The translations under genes and the position numbers were made by a program. A stretch of 64,000 nucleotides of DNA, taken from positions 640,001 to 704,000 of the forward strand of contig CAVTBU010000005.1 in the NCBI GenBank assembly GCA_963733035.1. Direction: 5' to 3'. The notes beneath the pieces were generated by a model that was not told where the DNA came from, ran no database searches, and saw only the letters and a program-made list of their open reading frames with translations. How positions within the stretch are numbered: the stretch's first letter is position 1; every line of letters starts with the position of its first letter. The DNA is from Pirellulales bacterium. Its GTDB lineage: Bacteria; Planctomycetota; Planctomycetia; Pirellulales; PALSA-1355. Positions 29,263 to 38,305 of this stretch are shown here, piece after piece.

Positions 29263-31025
29263 TTATCGCGCATTGACCGTTTGAATATAGGCCTCGACGT
29301 TCTCTTCCAATACGTCCAGCGGAACGGCGCCGCCGGCTAGTACGGCGTCGTGAAACTCGCGAACGTCGAATCGTTCGCCGAGTTGTCGCTCGGCCTCGTT
29401 TCGGAGGGCCCGAATTTTCAGCTCACCCATCTTGTAGGCGGTCGCCTGCCCCGGCCAGGAGATGTAGCGATCGACTTCGGCCGTAATGTTGTGCATCGTC
29501 AGGGCCGTGTTGTCGGCCATGAACTGAATCGCCTGTTGACGGGTCCAGCCCAGGTAGTGGATGCCCGTGTCAACGACTAACCGGCACGCCCTCCACATCT
29601 CATAGCTCAGGCGGCCAAAGTCGCGGTACGGATCCTGATAAAAGCCAACTTCCAGCCCCAAACGTTCGGCGTACAACCCCCAGCCCTCGACGAACGCGGT
29701 GGCGTGGGCAAAGCGGCGAAACGGCGGCTGATCCTCGAGTTCCTGTTGGAGGGCAATTTGCACGTGATGCCCCGGGACGGCTTCGTGCAGCGAGAGCGCC
29801 TCGATCTCGAAGAGCGGCCGACTCTTGAGATTATAGGTATTCACATAGTAGAAACCCGCCCGGCTGCCGTCTCCGGCAGGTGGCTGGTAGTAGGCGGTCG
29901 TGGTGCGGGGGGCGATGAAGTCGGGGATTTCGCGAATGCCGTAAGGCGTGCGCGGAAGTTTCCCAAATAGCTTCGGCAGCTCCCCATCCATCCGCTTGAG
30001 CACCAGGCTCGTTTCTTTGAGCAGTTGCTCTGGAGTGTCGGTGTAAAACCGTGGGTCGGTACGTAGAAATTCGACAAAGGCGGGCAGGTCGCCGTCGAAT
30101 TTGACTCGCTCGAGCACGCCCTGCATTTCAGCTTTGATTCGTTTTACTTCGGCCAGCCCGGTGTCATGAACCGTTTGCGGATCGATGTCGAGCGTGGTGA
30201 AGTGCCGAACGCGGAAGCGATAGAACTCCCTCCCATTGGGAAGCGCGGAAGCTCCCACCTGTTCGCGACACGCCGGCAGGTACTTTTCGGTCATGAACCG
30301 GAGTAGCTGGCGGTAGCCGGGCACGACGTGATCGGCAATTGCAGCCCGAGCCGCTGACTGCAATCGCGCTTTGTCCGCATCATTAAAATGCTCCGGCATT
30401 TCGACAAACGGCTTGTACAGCAGACTTCGCGTGGGGTCGTCGACGAAATGCGGTTCAAGCACGGAGTCGATATCGTCCAGCACGACGCTCGGCAATGTGT
30501 AACCTTGCCGGATGCCCTCATTCATCAATTCCAAATGGTCAAGGGTGTAGCGGTCGAAGGCTGCGAGTCGGGCAACGTAATTCTCGTAGTCTTGCACCGT
30601 GTCGAGTGGCACTTGGAGCGGCAATTCCGGGAAGGAGACATGAAAGCCGGACCGATTGGTGATCGGCATTAGATAACTTTTGAACTCGGCTTCGGCAATC
30701 GCATCGCGCTTCTGGCGGGCGAAGATGTCGTGGTGAATCTGGTCGTGCGCTCAAGCTGGTCGCGGGGAATCGCTTCCAGGCGCGCAAGGAACCGCCGGTG
30801 TGCCGCCAAGCGGCGTTGTTGGTCAGCCAGTGTTTCCCGCGGCAGCCGGTCGTTATAGCGATTGTCGCCGGCGTGGGTGGCAAACAGCGGATCCTCGGCC
30901 AGGCCGAACTCCCAGCTGTCGGCAAAGAGCGCGTGAAGCTGCTGCCGCGGCGAAGACTCATCGGCCCGGACTGCGATGGAAACCAATGCCACGAAAACCG
31001 TCGCCCAAACCCGCAGGCCGTACAT
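29263..31025 (-). CDS. DUF885 family secreted protein (metallopeptidase-like), apparent frameshift at ~30747
   Basis: Signal peptide in ORF 30669..31025; LHEAVPGHHVQ, FVEGWGLYAE, RACRLVVDTGIH and EVDRYISWPGQA in ORF 29263..30669. Confidence 0.9.
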
Positions 31026-31264
31026 TATTGAGCCTCGTCGAAGTGGAACCGTAAAGTCGTGACCGATGCGGCCCTTAATCTATAAGACGCACGGGGCTCG
31101 TTCGAGGCAAATCTGATACATCCGGTGTGTTAATTGTAGCGGTTGTGCCAGCGGGACAGCGCCACCCACCACGACGGGTCCGTCCGCGGCTGGCTCGGTC
31201 GACCTAGGTTTGCCTCGGAGAGCGCCGCCTGGCGCGTCACGATGCATTTTTCAGGAGCAGTTCC

Positions 31265-32365
31265 ATGCCTCGTTTGATCGGATACTTTTCGGCCTTCGTG
31301 GCCCTGATTGTTCTCGCGCTGGCGGCCAGCTATGCCAGCGCTTGCACCGGCATCCGCATTTCGGCACATGATGGGTCGGTAATTTACGCACGCACGCTCG
31401 AATTCGCGGAACCTTTGGAATCGCAAATTCTGTTCTTGCCTCGCAACTACGAGTTTGTCGGCACGACGGCAAGCGGCCGGCCGGGCCTGACCTGGCACTC
31501 GAAGTGTGCCGCCGTGGGAATGAACGGCGAATCGTTCAATTTGCTGGTCGACGGCGTGAACGAACACGGTCTGGCGGCGGGTGGGTTTTATTTCCCCGAC
31601 TTTGCAGGCTACCAGTCCGCCACGGCCCCCGAAGTAGCCAAGACGATCGCACCTTGGGAGGTCCCAACCTGGATCCTCACCAACTTCAAGACCGTGGACG
31701 AGGTGCGCGAGGCCCTGCCTACGATTCGTGTGGCAGCCGCCCCGATTAATCATCAAGGCGACGTTCCGCCGTTGCACTATGTGACGCACGACGCCTCGGG
31801 GAATTCGCTGGTCATCGAGTATGTCGACGGCAAGCTGACGACTTTCGAAAATCCAATCGGCGTCATCACCAATTCGCCGACGTTTGATTGGCACATCATC
31901 AACCTGCGGAACTACATCAATCTGACGGCAACGAATACTCCGCCGCGCGATTTGCACGGCGTGCTGCTCGACCAGCTGGGTCAAGGCAGTGGCATGCGGG
32001 GTCTGCCGGGCGACTTCACGCCACCGTCGCGGTTCGTGCGCGCGGTGGCCCTTAGCCAGTCGGCCGCGCCGGTTGATACCGGCGTGCAGGCTGTGCGTGA
32101 GGCATTCCATATTCTCAACTCGTTCGACATTCCGCGCGGCGCCGTGCGTCCGGACGTAGCGGCCGATCAGCCGTACGATTGCACGCAGTGGACCAGCGCG
32201 TGCGACTTGCAGGCCCTGACGTACTACTTCCACACGTACGGCAATCGCCGTGTGCGGTGCGTCGAACTGGCGAAATTCGACGCCAATTCTCCGCGGCCGG
32301 TGACGATTCCGATTGACCAGGACAGCGGCATCGAATTTCTCGATCCGCCCCAGGAAACGCCGTAG
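31265..32365 (+). CDS. Secreted choloylglycine hydrolase / penicillin V acylase family Ntn hydrolase
   Basis: Signal peptide ending ASA then CTG (nucleophile Cys), ARTLEF, DGVNEHGL, TNSPTFDWH, LPGDFTPPSRFVRA. Confidence 0.92.
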   Translation: MPRLIGYFSAFVALIVLALAASYASACTGIRISAHDGSVIYARTLEFAEPLESQILFLPRNYEFVGTTASGRPGLTWHSKCAAVGMNGESFNLLVDGVNEHGLAAGGFYFPDFAGYQSATAPEVAKTIAPWEVPTWILTNFKTVDEVREALPTIRVAAAPINHQGDVPPLHYVTHDASGNSLVIEYVDGKLTTFENPIGVITNSPTFDWHIINLRNYINLTATNTPPRDLHGVLLDQLGQGSGMRGLPGDFTPPSRFVRAVALSQSAAPVDTGVQAVREAFHILNSFDIPRGAVRPDVAADQPYDCTQWTSACDLQALTYYFHTYGNRRVRCVELAKFDANSPRPVTIPIDQDSGIEFLDPPQETP

Positions 32366-32389
32366 CGCGGGTATCCAGCTGGTGACTCC

Positions 32390-32431
32390 CGCCGGGGCCC
32401 TGGGGGGTGGATTCCGCCGAGGGCCCCGGCG
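32390..32431. terminator. Hairpin between convergent genes
   Basis: CGCCGGGGCCCT ... AGGGCCCCGGCG, 12-bp stem. Confidence 0.55.
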
Positions 32432-32434
32432 CCG

Positions 32435-33009
32435 TCAGTACATCCAAATTGGATAGTAGCGGACGAACGGTGCCACGCGCGAGGTCTCTTCCTTGAGAAG
32501 CTCCAGTTCGTCGTTGAGCAAATCCACCTGCCAGGCGAGTTGCTGCTCGCGCGGAGCCTTGGACAGCGACTGTCCGCGTTGCCATTGCAACTGGGCGACC
32601 TCGTGCGCAGACGGTAACGTTCGACGTCGACGGCGGGAACCGTTAGTTTGACGCGTCGATTGGCCGCCACGGCGTTCTTCCAGCGCGTGGTGGCTGATTG
32701 AAAAGCGCTTTCGGCCCTGCGCAGCCAAACGGTGAACGGGTCGCTGGACGCCTCTCCAACCGCTTGCCGGAATTGGAGTTCGGCCGTCGCCACGTCGTTC
32801 TTGAATTCTGCGACCACGCTGGCGGGCACGGTCCGGTCAAGCTTTTTGTTCATTTGATCGATCCGCTTCAGGTTGGCCTCGGCCAGCGCCAACCGGGTTC
32901 TGGCATAGCGCAACTCGAGCGATTCTTCGGCCGCCGCCTCACGGGGTGCGGGGACAGGGGCCTGTGCGGTCCAGAGCAAGGCCGCGATCAGAAGCATTTC
33001 GCCGTGCAT
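32435..33009 (-). CDS. Hypothetical secreted helical protein, apparent frameshift at ~32605
   Basis: Signal-like N-terminus; ...ERYRLR joins (H)EVAQLQWQRG...QLAWQVDLLNDEL. Confidence 0.6.
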
Positions 33010-33233
33010 TATTTGCCCTCCCAACGACTAGCAATTAGCGATGTTCATTCTAGTCGCCCGCGTCCATGGAGGGTTTGCTGGCTGTTAAAGCGTGCGTGTG
33101 AGAACGGTTGTCTTGGGTTTTTGTGTTGGACTGCGGAATTTGGAAAAGGTTGATCGGTCGCGTTTGCCAATCCGATACGGTAGCTGAAGGCTGTTTCGAT
33201 AAACTTTTCCGTCGCAGAGTCGAGGTCACTCTC

Positions 33234-34634
33234 TTGCAAGACATCCATCCAACTCCGACCCCCTCGAACGTGGCCAACGCCCGCCACTTTTTCGGTTTGG
33301 ACCTGAGCGGTTGGCTCGTGTTTGCAGTCGGCACGCTGATGACGCTGGGCGTCATCTACCTGGCGGTGGTCGAGCCGATGTCCCGCGAGTTCGGCCGCTT
33401 GCGGACGCAAATCCAGTCGCTTTCCAAAAACGTCGAGCAACTGACGGCCGAGCGCGACAACGTCGCCGCAACCAACTCGCTGCTGGCCGAGCTCGCAGAG
33501 CAAGGCCGCCGCAACCGCGAAGCGAGCGAGTCGCTCAGGCACATTAGCGCCCTGCACGAGCGACTCAACGCCCAGACCGCCCGGGCCGAAGAAGCCTTGG
33601 CCGTGATGGAAAAGATGGCCACCCTGCAAGACGGCCTGTTGGCTCGAAGCGAGAAAATGGGTCAAGCCGAGGAAGTGCTCGAAGCGATTGGTGCGCTACA
33701 CGGGCGTCTGATCGCGAAGCAGTACGCCACCGACGAGAGCCATCGGGCGGTCGATTCGCTCGACGAGCTGCGTGATCGGCTGATCGATGCGGAGCCGCGT
33801 ACCGAGGCGGCCGAGATTTGCGTGGATGACGTCGAGTCGCTCAAGAACCGCCTGATCTTCGAGCACCAGACGAACGAGGCCGCACTCGATAGCCTCAATT
33901 CGCTGGTCGACATGAAAGACATCATCTGGGACCAGCACCCACAGATGCCGTACGCCTTTAATGTGCTGGCCCAGCTGGTCAAGCTCAAGAACGGCCTCGT
34001 TGACGATAGCGCAGACCTCGTCGACGCTCAGCAGGTGCTCGATAATCTGTCGAGCATGCAACGAACGCTTGCCGAATCGAGTGTCGAGGTTTGCCAGGCT
34101 CGCGACAACGCGAACCAGTTGCTGAGCATCTCGGATAACCTGCTTTGCCGCGGTTCCAACTCGGAAGTGGCCGAGAACTCGCTCGAGCGGCTGATCGCAA
34201 TCCGTCAGCGCCTTGACGATCAGGGCCAGGGTATCGAACTGGCCGAAGAGCGAGTGGCCCAGCTCATCGATCTTAAGGACCGCTCCATCTCGCAAACCGC
34301 CGACGTGGCCGCGTCGATCGAAAGCCTCGAGTTAATGGCTGACGTTCGCGATCAAATGCAGCAAATGGCACAGACCTTTGCCCGGATGCGGAATTGGGTG
34401 GTCGAGATCGTGGCATTCGAGCCAGTGATCAGCCGGGCTATGCGAACGTTGCAACCGCTGGTGCAAATGGGCAACCTGCGTCACATGGACGCGGCCGAAC
34501 TTCGACAAGTGCTTCGCACGATGAGCGAGCGCAACGACATGCAGTACGGCGGATCCATCAAGTCCGACCCGACTGCCGCCACGGAAGCGCCGGCCTCGGT
34601 TCCGGCGATCAACGACGCGGCGCTGGCCCAATAA
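33234..34634 (+). CDS. Membrane-anchored helical protein of tandem 24-aa repeats
   Basis: One TM helix followed by 12-13 repeats AxxxLxxLxxLxxxL; TTG start after GAGG. Confidence 0.75.
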   Translation: MQDIHPTPTPSNVANARHFFGLDLSGWLVFAVGTLMTLGVIYLAVVEPMSREFGRLRTQIQSLSKNVEQLTAERDNVAATNSLLAELAEQGRRNREASESLRHISALHERLNAQTARAEEALAVMEKMATLQDGLLARSEKMGQAEEVLEAIGALHGRLIAKQYATDESHRAVDSLDELRDRLIDAEPRTEAAEICVDDVESLKNRLIFEHQTNEAALDSLNSLVDMKDIIWDQHPQMPYAFNVLAQLVKLKNGLVDDSADLVDAQQVLDNLSSMQRTLAESSVEVCQARDNANQLLSISDNLLCRGSNSEVAENSLERLIAIRQRLDDQGQGIELAEERVAQLIDLKDRSISQTADVAASIESLELMADVRDQMQQMAQTFARMRNWVVEIVAFEPVISRAMRTLQPLVQMGNLRHMDAAELRQVLRTMSERNDMQYGGSIKSDPTAATEAPASVPAINDAALAQ

Positions 34635-34651
34635 GACGACAATACGAACCG

Positions 34652-34690
34652 AAAAGTCCGGGGGGAAGAATTTTCCCTCCGGACTTTCTT
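34652..34690. terminator. Bidirectional intrinsic terminator
   Basis: AAAGTCCGG...CCGGACTTT hairpin with A/T flanks between convergent genes. Confidence 0.75.
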
Positions 34691-34724
34691 GTTGAGCCCG
34701 GTTTTTTGTGCTGAAGGGGATGAA

Positions 34725-35018
34725 TCAGGACGCATGCTGACGTTGCTGTTCGGCGGTCAAATCCATCAGGTGCCGGGCGACGGCCGCGAGCGTGGGCGTT
34801 TCATAAACCCACCAGTCGAGGTCCTTGATCTCGAGGCCGAACATCCGCTCGACCTCGCACAAGAACTCGATGCCTTCAAGTGAACTCAAGCCGGCTCCGA
34901 CGGCGAAAAGTTGATCGTCGCCGTTCAGAAATGAATGCACATCGAAACGCTCGGCCAACAGGTTTCGCAAGGCCTCCATGGTACGTTCCAATCCGAGTTG
35001 TGCCGCGTCCAATGGCAT
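34725..35018 (-). CDS. Acyl carrier protein, atypical
   Basis: 97 aa, acidic; GAGLSSLEGIEFLCEVERMFGLEI..TPTLAAVA (Ppant Ser in SSL instead of DSL). Confidence 0.8.
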   Translation of the reverse strand: MPLDAAQLGLERTMEALRNLLAERFDVHSFLNGDDQLFAVGAGLSSLEGIEFLCEVERMFGLEIKDLDWWVYETPTLAAVARHLMDLTAEQQRQHAS

Positions 35019-35324
35019 CACGTCATCCTCCTCTGCCGTGCGCGAGCGTGTGTCCGAACATATTAATTCTATCAGCCCTGCCAACCGACGTACATGAAAG
35101 GAATGCGTTGCCAGATGCCGAGAGTTGCAACCTTTGCCCACGCACGATGAAGGTGGCGAGGGGGAGCGAAGCCTTGATGGCCGCGCTGGTCAGCTAGCAA
35201 TCCGGGGAGCGGGCAATCCGACCGTGAGGGTTAGGCAAACTTGACGATGTTACAGAGCACCGATAGATTGACCCACTTCGTGCCGCAAGCGGCACCACGT
35301 CACCGCGTTACCGTCTGGAATGGC

Positions 35325-36452
35325 ATGTCAAATCTGCTCGTTACCCCCGTTACGACGCGGGCCCAGCAAAAGCAATTCATCAACTTGCCCTGGACGCTTT
35401 ACGCCGGTGACCCGAACTGGGTGCCTCCCCTGCTGATGGAGCACAAGCGGCTGCTGGGGTTCAAGCATCACCCGTTCTACGAGGACGGCGCGATTCGGAC
35501 CTTTCTGGCCAGCCGGAACGGCCAAGTGGTGGGCCGCATCGCCGCGATCGTCAACAATGCTCACAATCGGCGAGCCGAGGAGAAGCGAGGTTTTTTCGGC
35601 TTCTTCGAATCCATTGACGATCAACAGGTGGCCGACGCGCTGTTTGATGCCGCCGCCAACTGGCTGAAAGACCAGGGCATGACCGCGGTCCGCGGTCCGA
35701 CAAATCCCTCGCTAAACTACGAGGTCGGGTTGCTGGTCGAGGGATTTCACTCCCCCCCTACATTCATGATGACCTACAATAAGCCGTACTACGGCAAATT
35801 GGTCGAAGGCTGGGGCCTGAAGAAGGTGCAAGACCTTTACGCCTTCTGGGGACACATCGACATGATCTCGGGGCTCGACCGCAAGCTGTGGTTCATCGCC
35901 AACGAAGCGAAAGAACGATTCAACGTCAAGATTCGCCCCATGGACACTCGCCGCTTCCGCGAGGAAGTGGAAATGTTCCTGCACGTTTACAACGCCTCGC
36001 TTGTTGGCACGTGGGGCTTCGCGCCCATGTCCACCGCCGAAGTCAAGGAGCAGGCCAAGGGGCTCAAGATGCTGATCGCTCCGGAACTGGCCATCGTCGC
36101 CGAGGTCGACGGCGAACCGATCGGAGCGTGCCTGGGCCTGCTCGACTACAACCCACGCATCAAGGCCATCGGCGGACGCCTGTTTCCCTTCGGCTTCATT
36201 CGACTGCTCCGCAACAAACACTCGATCAAGAAAATGCGGGTCATCAGCATCAACGTGCTGCCCGAATACCAGCGGTGGGGCCTGGGCGTGGTGCTGCTGG
36301 GCGGTCTGATCGAGCCCATTCAGAAATGGGGGATGCACGAGGCGGAATTCTCGTGGGTGCTGGAGTCGAATACGCTCTCACGTGGCAGCCTCGAAAAGGG
36401 AGGCGCGCGGCTCGACAAGACCTATCGCCTCTACGACCGCGAATTGGCCTAG
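35325..36452 (+). CDS. Tandem-GNAT N-acyltransferase of the bacterial ceramide synthase/YghO-like family
   Basis: FINLPWTLYAGDPNWVPPL, VGRIAA, GFFGFFE, RGPTNPSLN, YNKPYY, EFSWVLESN, KTYRLY. Confidence 0.8.
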   Translation: MSNLLVTPVTTRAQQKQFINLPWTLYAGDPNWVPPLLMEHKRLLGFKHHPFYEDGAIRTFLASRNGQVVGRIAAIVNNAHNRRAEEKRGFFGFFESIDDQQVADALFDAAANWLKDQGMTAVRGPTNPSLNYEVGLLVEGFHSPPTFMMTYNKPYYGKLVEGWGLKKVQDLYAFWGHIDMISGLDRKLWFIANEAKERFNVKIRPMDTRRFREEVEMFLHVYNASLVGTWGFAPMSTAEVKEQAKGLKMLIAPELAIVAEVDGEPIGACLGLLDYNPRIKAIGGRLFPFGFIRLLRNKHSIKKMRVISINVLPEYQRWGLGVVLLGGLIEPIQKWGMHEAEFSWVLESNTLSRGSLEKGGARLDKTYRLYDRELA

Positions 36453-36668
36453 CAAGGAATCGTGTCGCGTGGCACGGAAGGCGATCGCGCCGCGAATGTA
36501 CGAATCGTGCCGGTTGCACCATTGGTGAAGATCGTTCGCACGCGCTTCGGCGCCGCTCGGCGCAACCTACCTTTTCTGTGTGGACGGCGCGGACCGTCGC
36601 TTTATATTGCGGTTGAAGATTCTCTCGACACGCTGTTCATCTGGCGCCGCGGCGGCGCAGGCCGGCAA

Positions 36669-38132
36669 ATGGAATTCGTCTCCTTCCTGGTCAAAGAGTT
36701 CTGGGAGTTGTGGCCACATCTGGTCGCCACAACGGCGTTCGTGCTCATGGTCGCGGCATCGGCGCACCTGGTGATGTATAAGAAGGATACCCGCGCCGCG
36801 ATCGGTTGGATCGGCGTGGTGGTGATGGTGCCGATTTTTGGGCGCTGCTCTACGCCGTGCTGGGCATCAACCGCTTGCAGCGGCGAGCGATCAACTTGCG
36901 GGCCGGCTCCGCCGGGCGCCCGGGTAGCGCGCCCGCTACGTCGCCGACCGCCACTGCGTCCTCAGGACCCTGCCCGACGCGCGGCACCTGGCGAGCCTCG
37001 AACATCTGATTGCCCAACTGACCGGGCGCCCCTGCTCTACGGCAACCAGATCAAACCGTTGGTCAACGGCGAGCAGGCCTATCCTGAAATGCTGGAGGCG
37101 ATCGACAAGGCCGAGCATTCGGTGGCACTGAGCACCTACATCTTCGACAACGATCGGGCCGGGGCGCTGTTTGCCGATGCCCTCGAGAGGGCCGTCGTTC
37201 GCGGCGTCGAAGTCCGGGTGATTATCGACGCGGTCGGTTCGCGTTATACGTTTCCCTCCATCGTTGGCAATTTGCAACAGCGCGGCATACGGGTCGAGCG
37301 GTTTCTGCCGACACTCGTGCCAGCGCGATTTTCCTACTCCAACTTGCGAAGCCACCGCAAGATTCTGGTAATCGACGGACGGGTGGGATTCACCGGCGGA
37401 CTCAACATTCGCGAGGGCCACGATGCGCGGTTCAATCCCACGCATCCGATTCAGGACCATCATTTTCGCATCGAAGGCCCCGTCGTCGCGCAACTGCAGG
37501 AAGTATTTGCCGAGGACTGGGCTTTTTGCGCCAACGAAGTTCTCAGCAGCGAGATCTGGTTTCCGGTGCTCGAGCCCAAGGGGGACGCATTGGCTCGTGG
37601 TATTTCCGCGGGTCCGGATGGCGATTTGGACAAACTGCGTTTGACGCTGGAAGGAGCGTTGGCCTGCGCGGAATCAAGCGTCTGTATTCTCACGCCCTAT
37701 TTTTTGCCAGAAGCAGCGCTTATCTCGGCGCTCAACGTAGCCGCGCTCAGGGGCGTGCAAGTCGACATCATCCTGCCCGAGGCAAACAACCTGACGTTGG
37801 TTAAATGGGCTTCGACGGCCCAACTTTGGCAGGTACTTCAGCGGGGCTGTCGCGTATGGATGACGCCCCCGCCGTTCGATCACACCAAGTTAATGGTCAT
37901 CGACGGCACTTGGGTTTTGTTTGGCTCGGGTAACTGGGATCCTCGCAGCCTGCGGCTGAACTTCGAGTTCGACGTCGAATGCTACGATCGCAACCTGGCG
38001 GCGCAGGCCTACCAGCTTTGCGTGCAAAAGCGCGAAAAAGCCCGTGAGGTTACGCTGGCCGAAGTCGATGGACGAAGCATCCCCATCCGCCTTCGCGACG
38101 GCTTGGCCCGGTTGCTGACGCCGTATCTCTAA
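36669..38132 (+). CDS. cls: Cardiolipin synthase-like phospholipase D; three compensating apparent frameshifts at ~36843, ~36930 and ~37030
   Basis: PLD N-terminal TMs (AIGW..PIFGALLYAVLG), HRKILVIDG and HTKLMVIDG HKD motifs, GSGNWDPRSLRLNFE. Confidence 0.88.
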   Translation: MEFVSFLVKEFWELWPHLVATTAFVLMVAASAHLVMYKKDTRAAIGWIGVVVMVPIFGRCSTPCWASTACSGERSTCGPAPPGARVARPLRRRPPLRPQDPARRAAPGEPRTSDCPTDRAPLLYGNQIKPLVNGEQAYPEMLEAIDKAEHSVALSTYIFDNDRAGALFADALERAVVRGVEVRVIIDAVGSRYTFPSIVGNLQQRGIRVERFLPTLVPARFSYSNLRSHRKILVIDGRVGFTGGLNIREGHDARFNPTHPIQDHHFRIEGPVVAQLQEVFAEDWAFCANEVLSSEIWFPVLEPKGDALARGISAGPDGDLDKLRLTLEGALACAESSVCILTPYFLPEAALISALNVAALRGVQVDIILPEANNLTLVKWASTAQLWQVLQRGCRVWMTPPPFDHTKLMVIDGTWVLFGSGNWDPRSLRLNFEFDVECYDRNLAAQAYQLCVQKREKAREVTLAEVDGRSIPIRLRDGLARLLTPYL

Positions 38133-38305
38133 AGGTCGCGCGTTCAGACGCCACGAAGACGGCTGGTGGAAAGCGGGCAGGTTTGACCCAAACGCGGTGG
38201 GTTACTATATTCGAGGGACGAGCAAACCGGTTGCCAGTCCTACGTTTACGTGGCTGCAACACCCGCCGATTGCCCCGCCGAATTCATCGCTCGCTGGGAG
38301 TCGTG

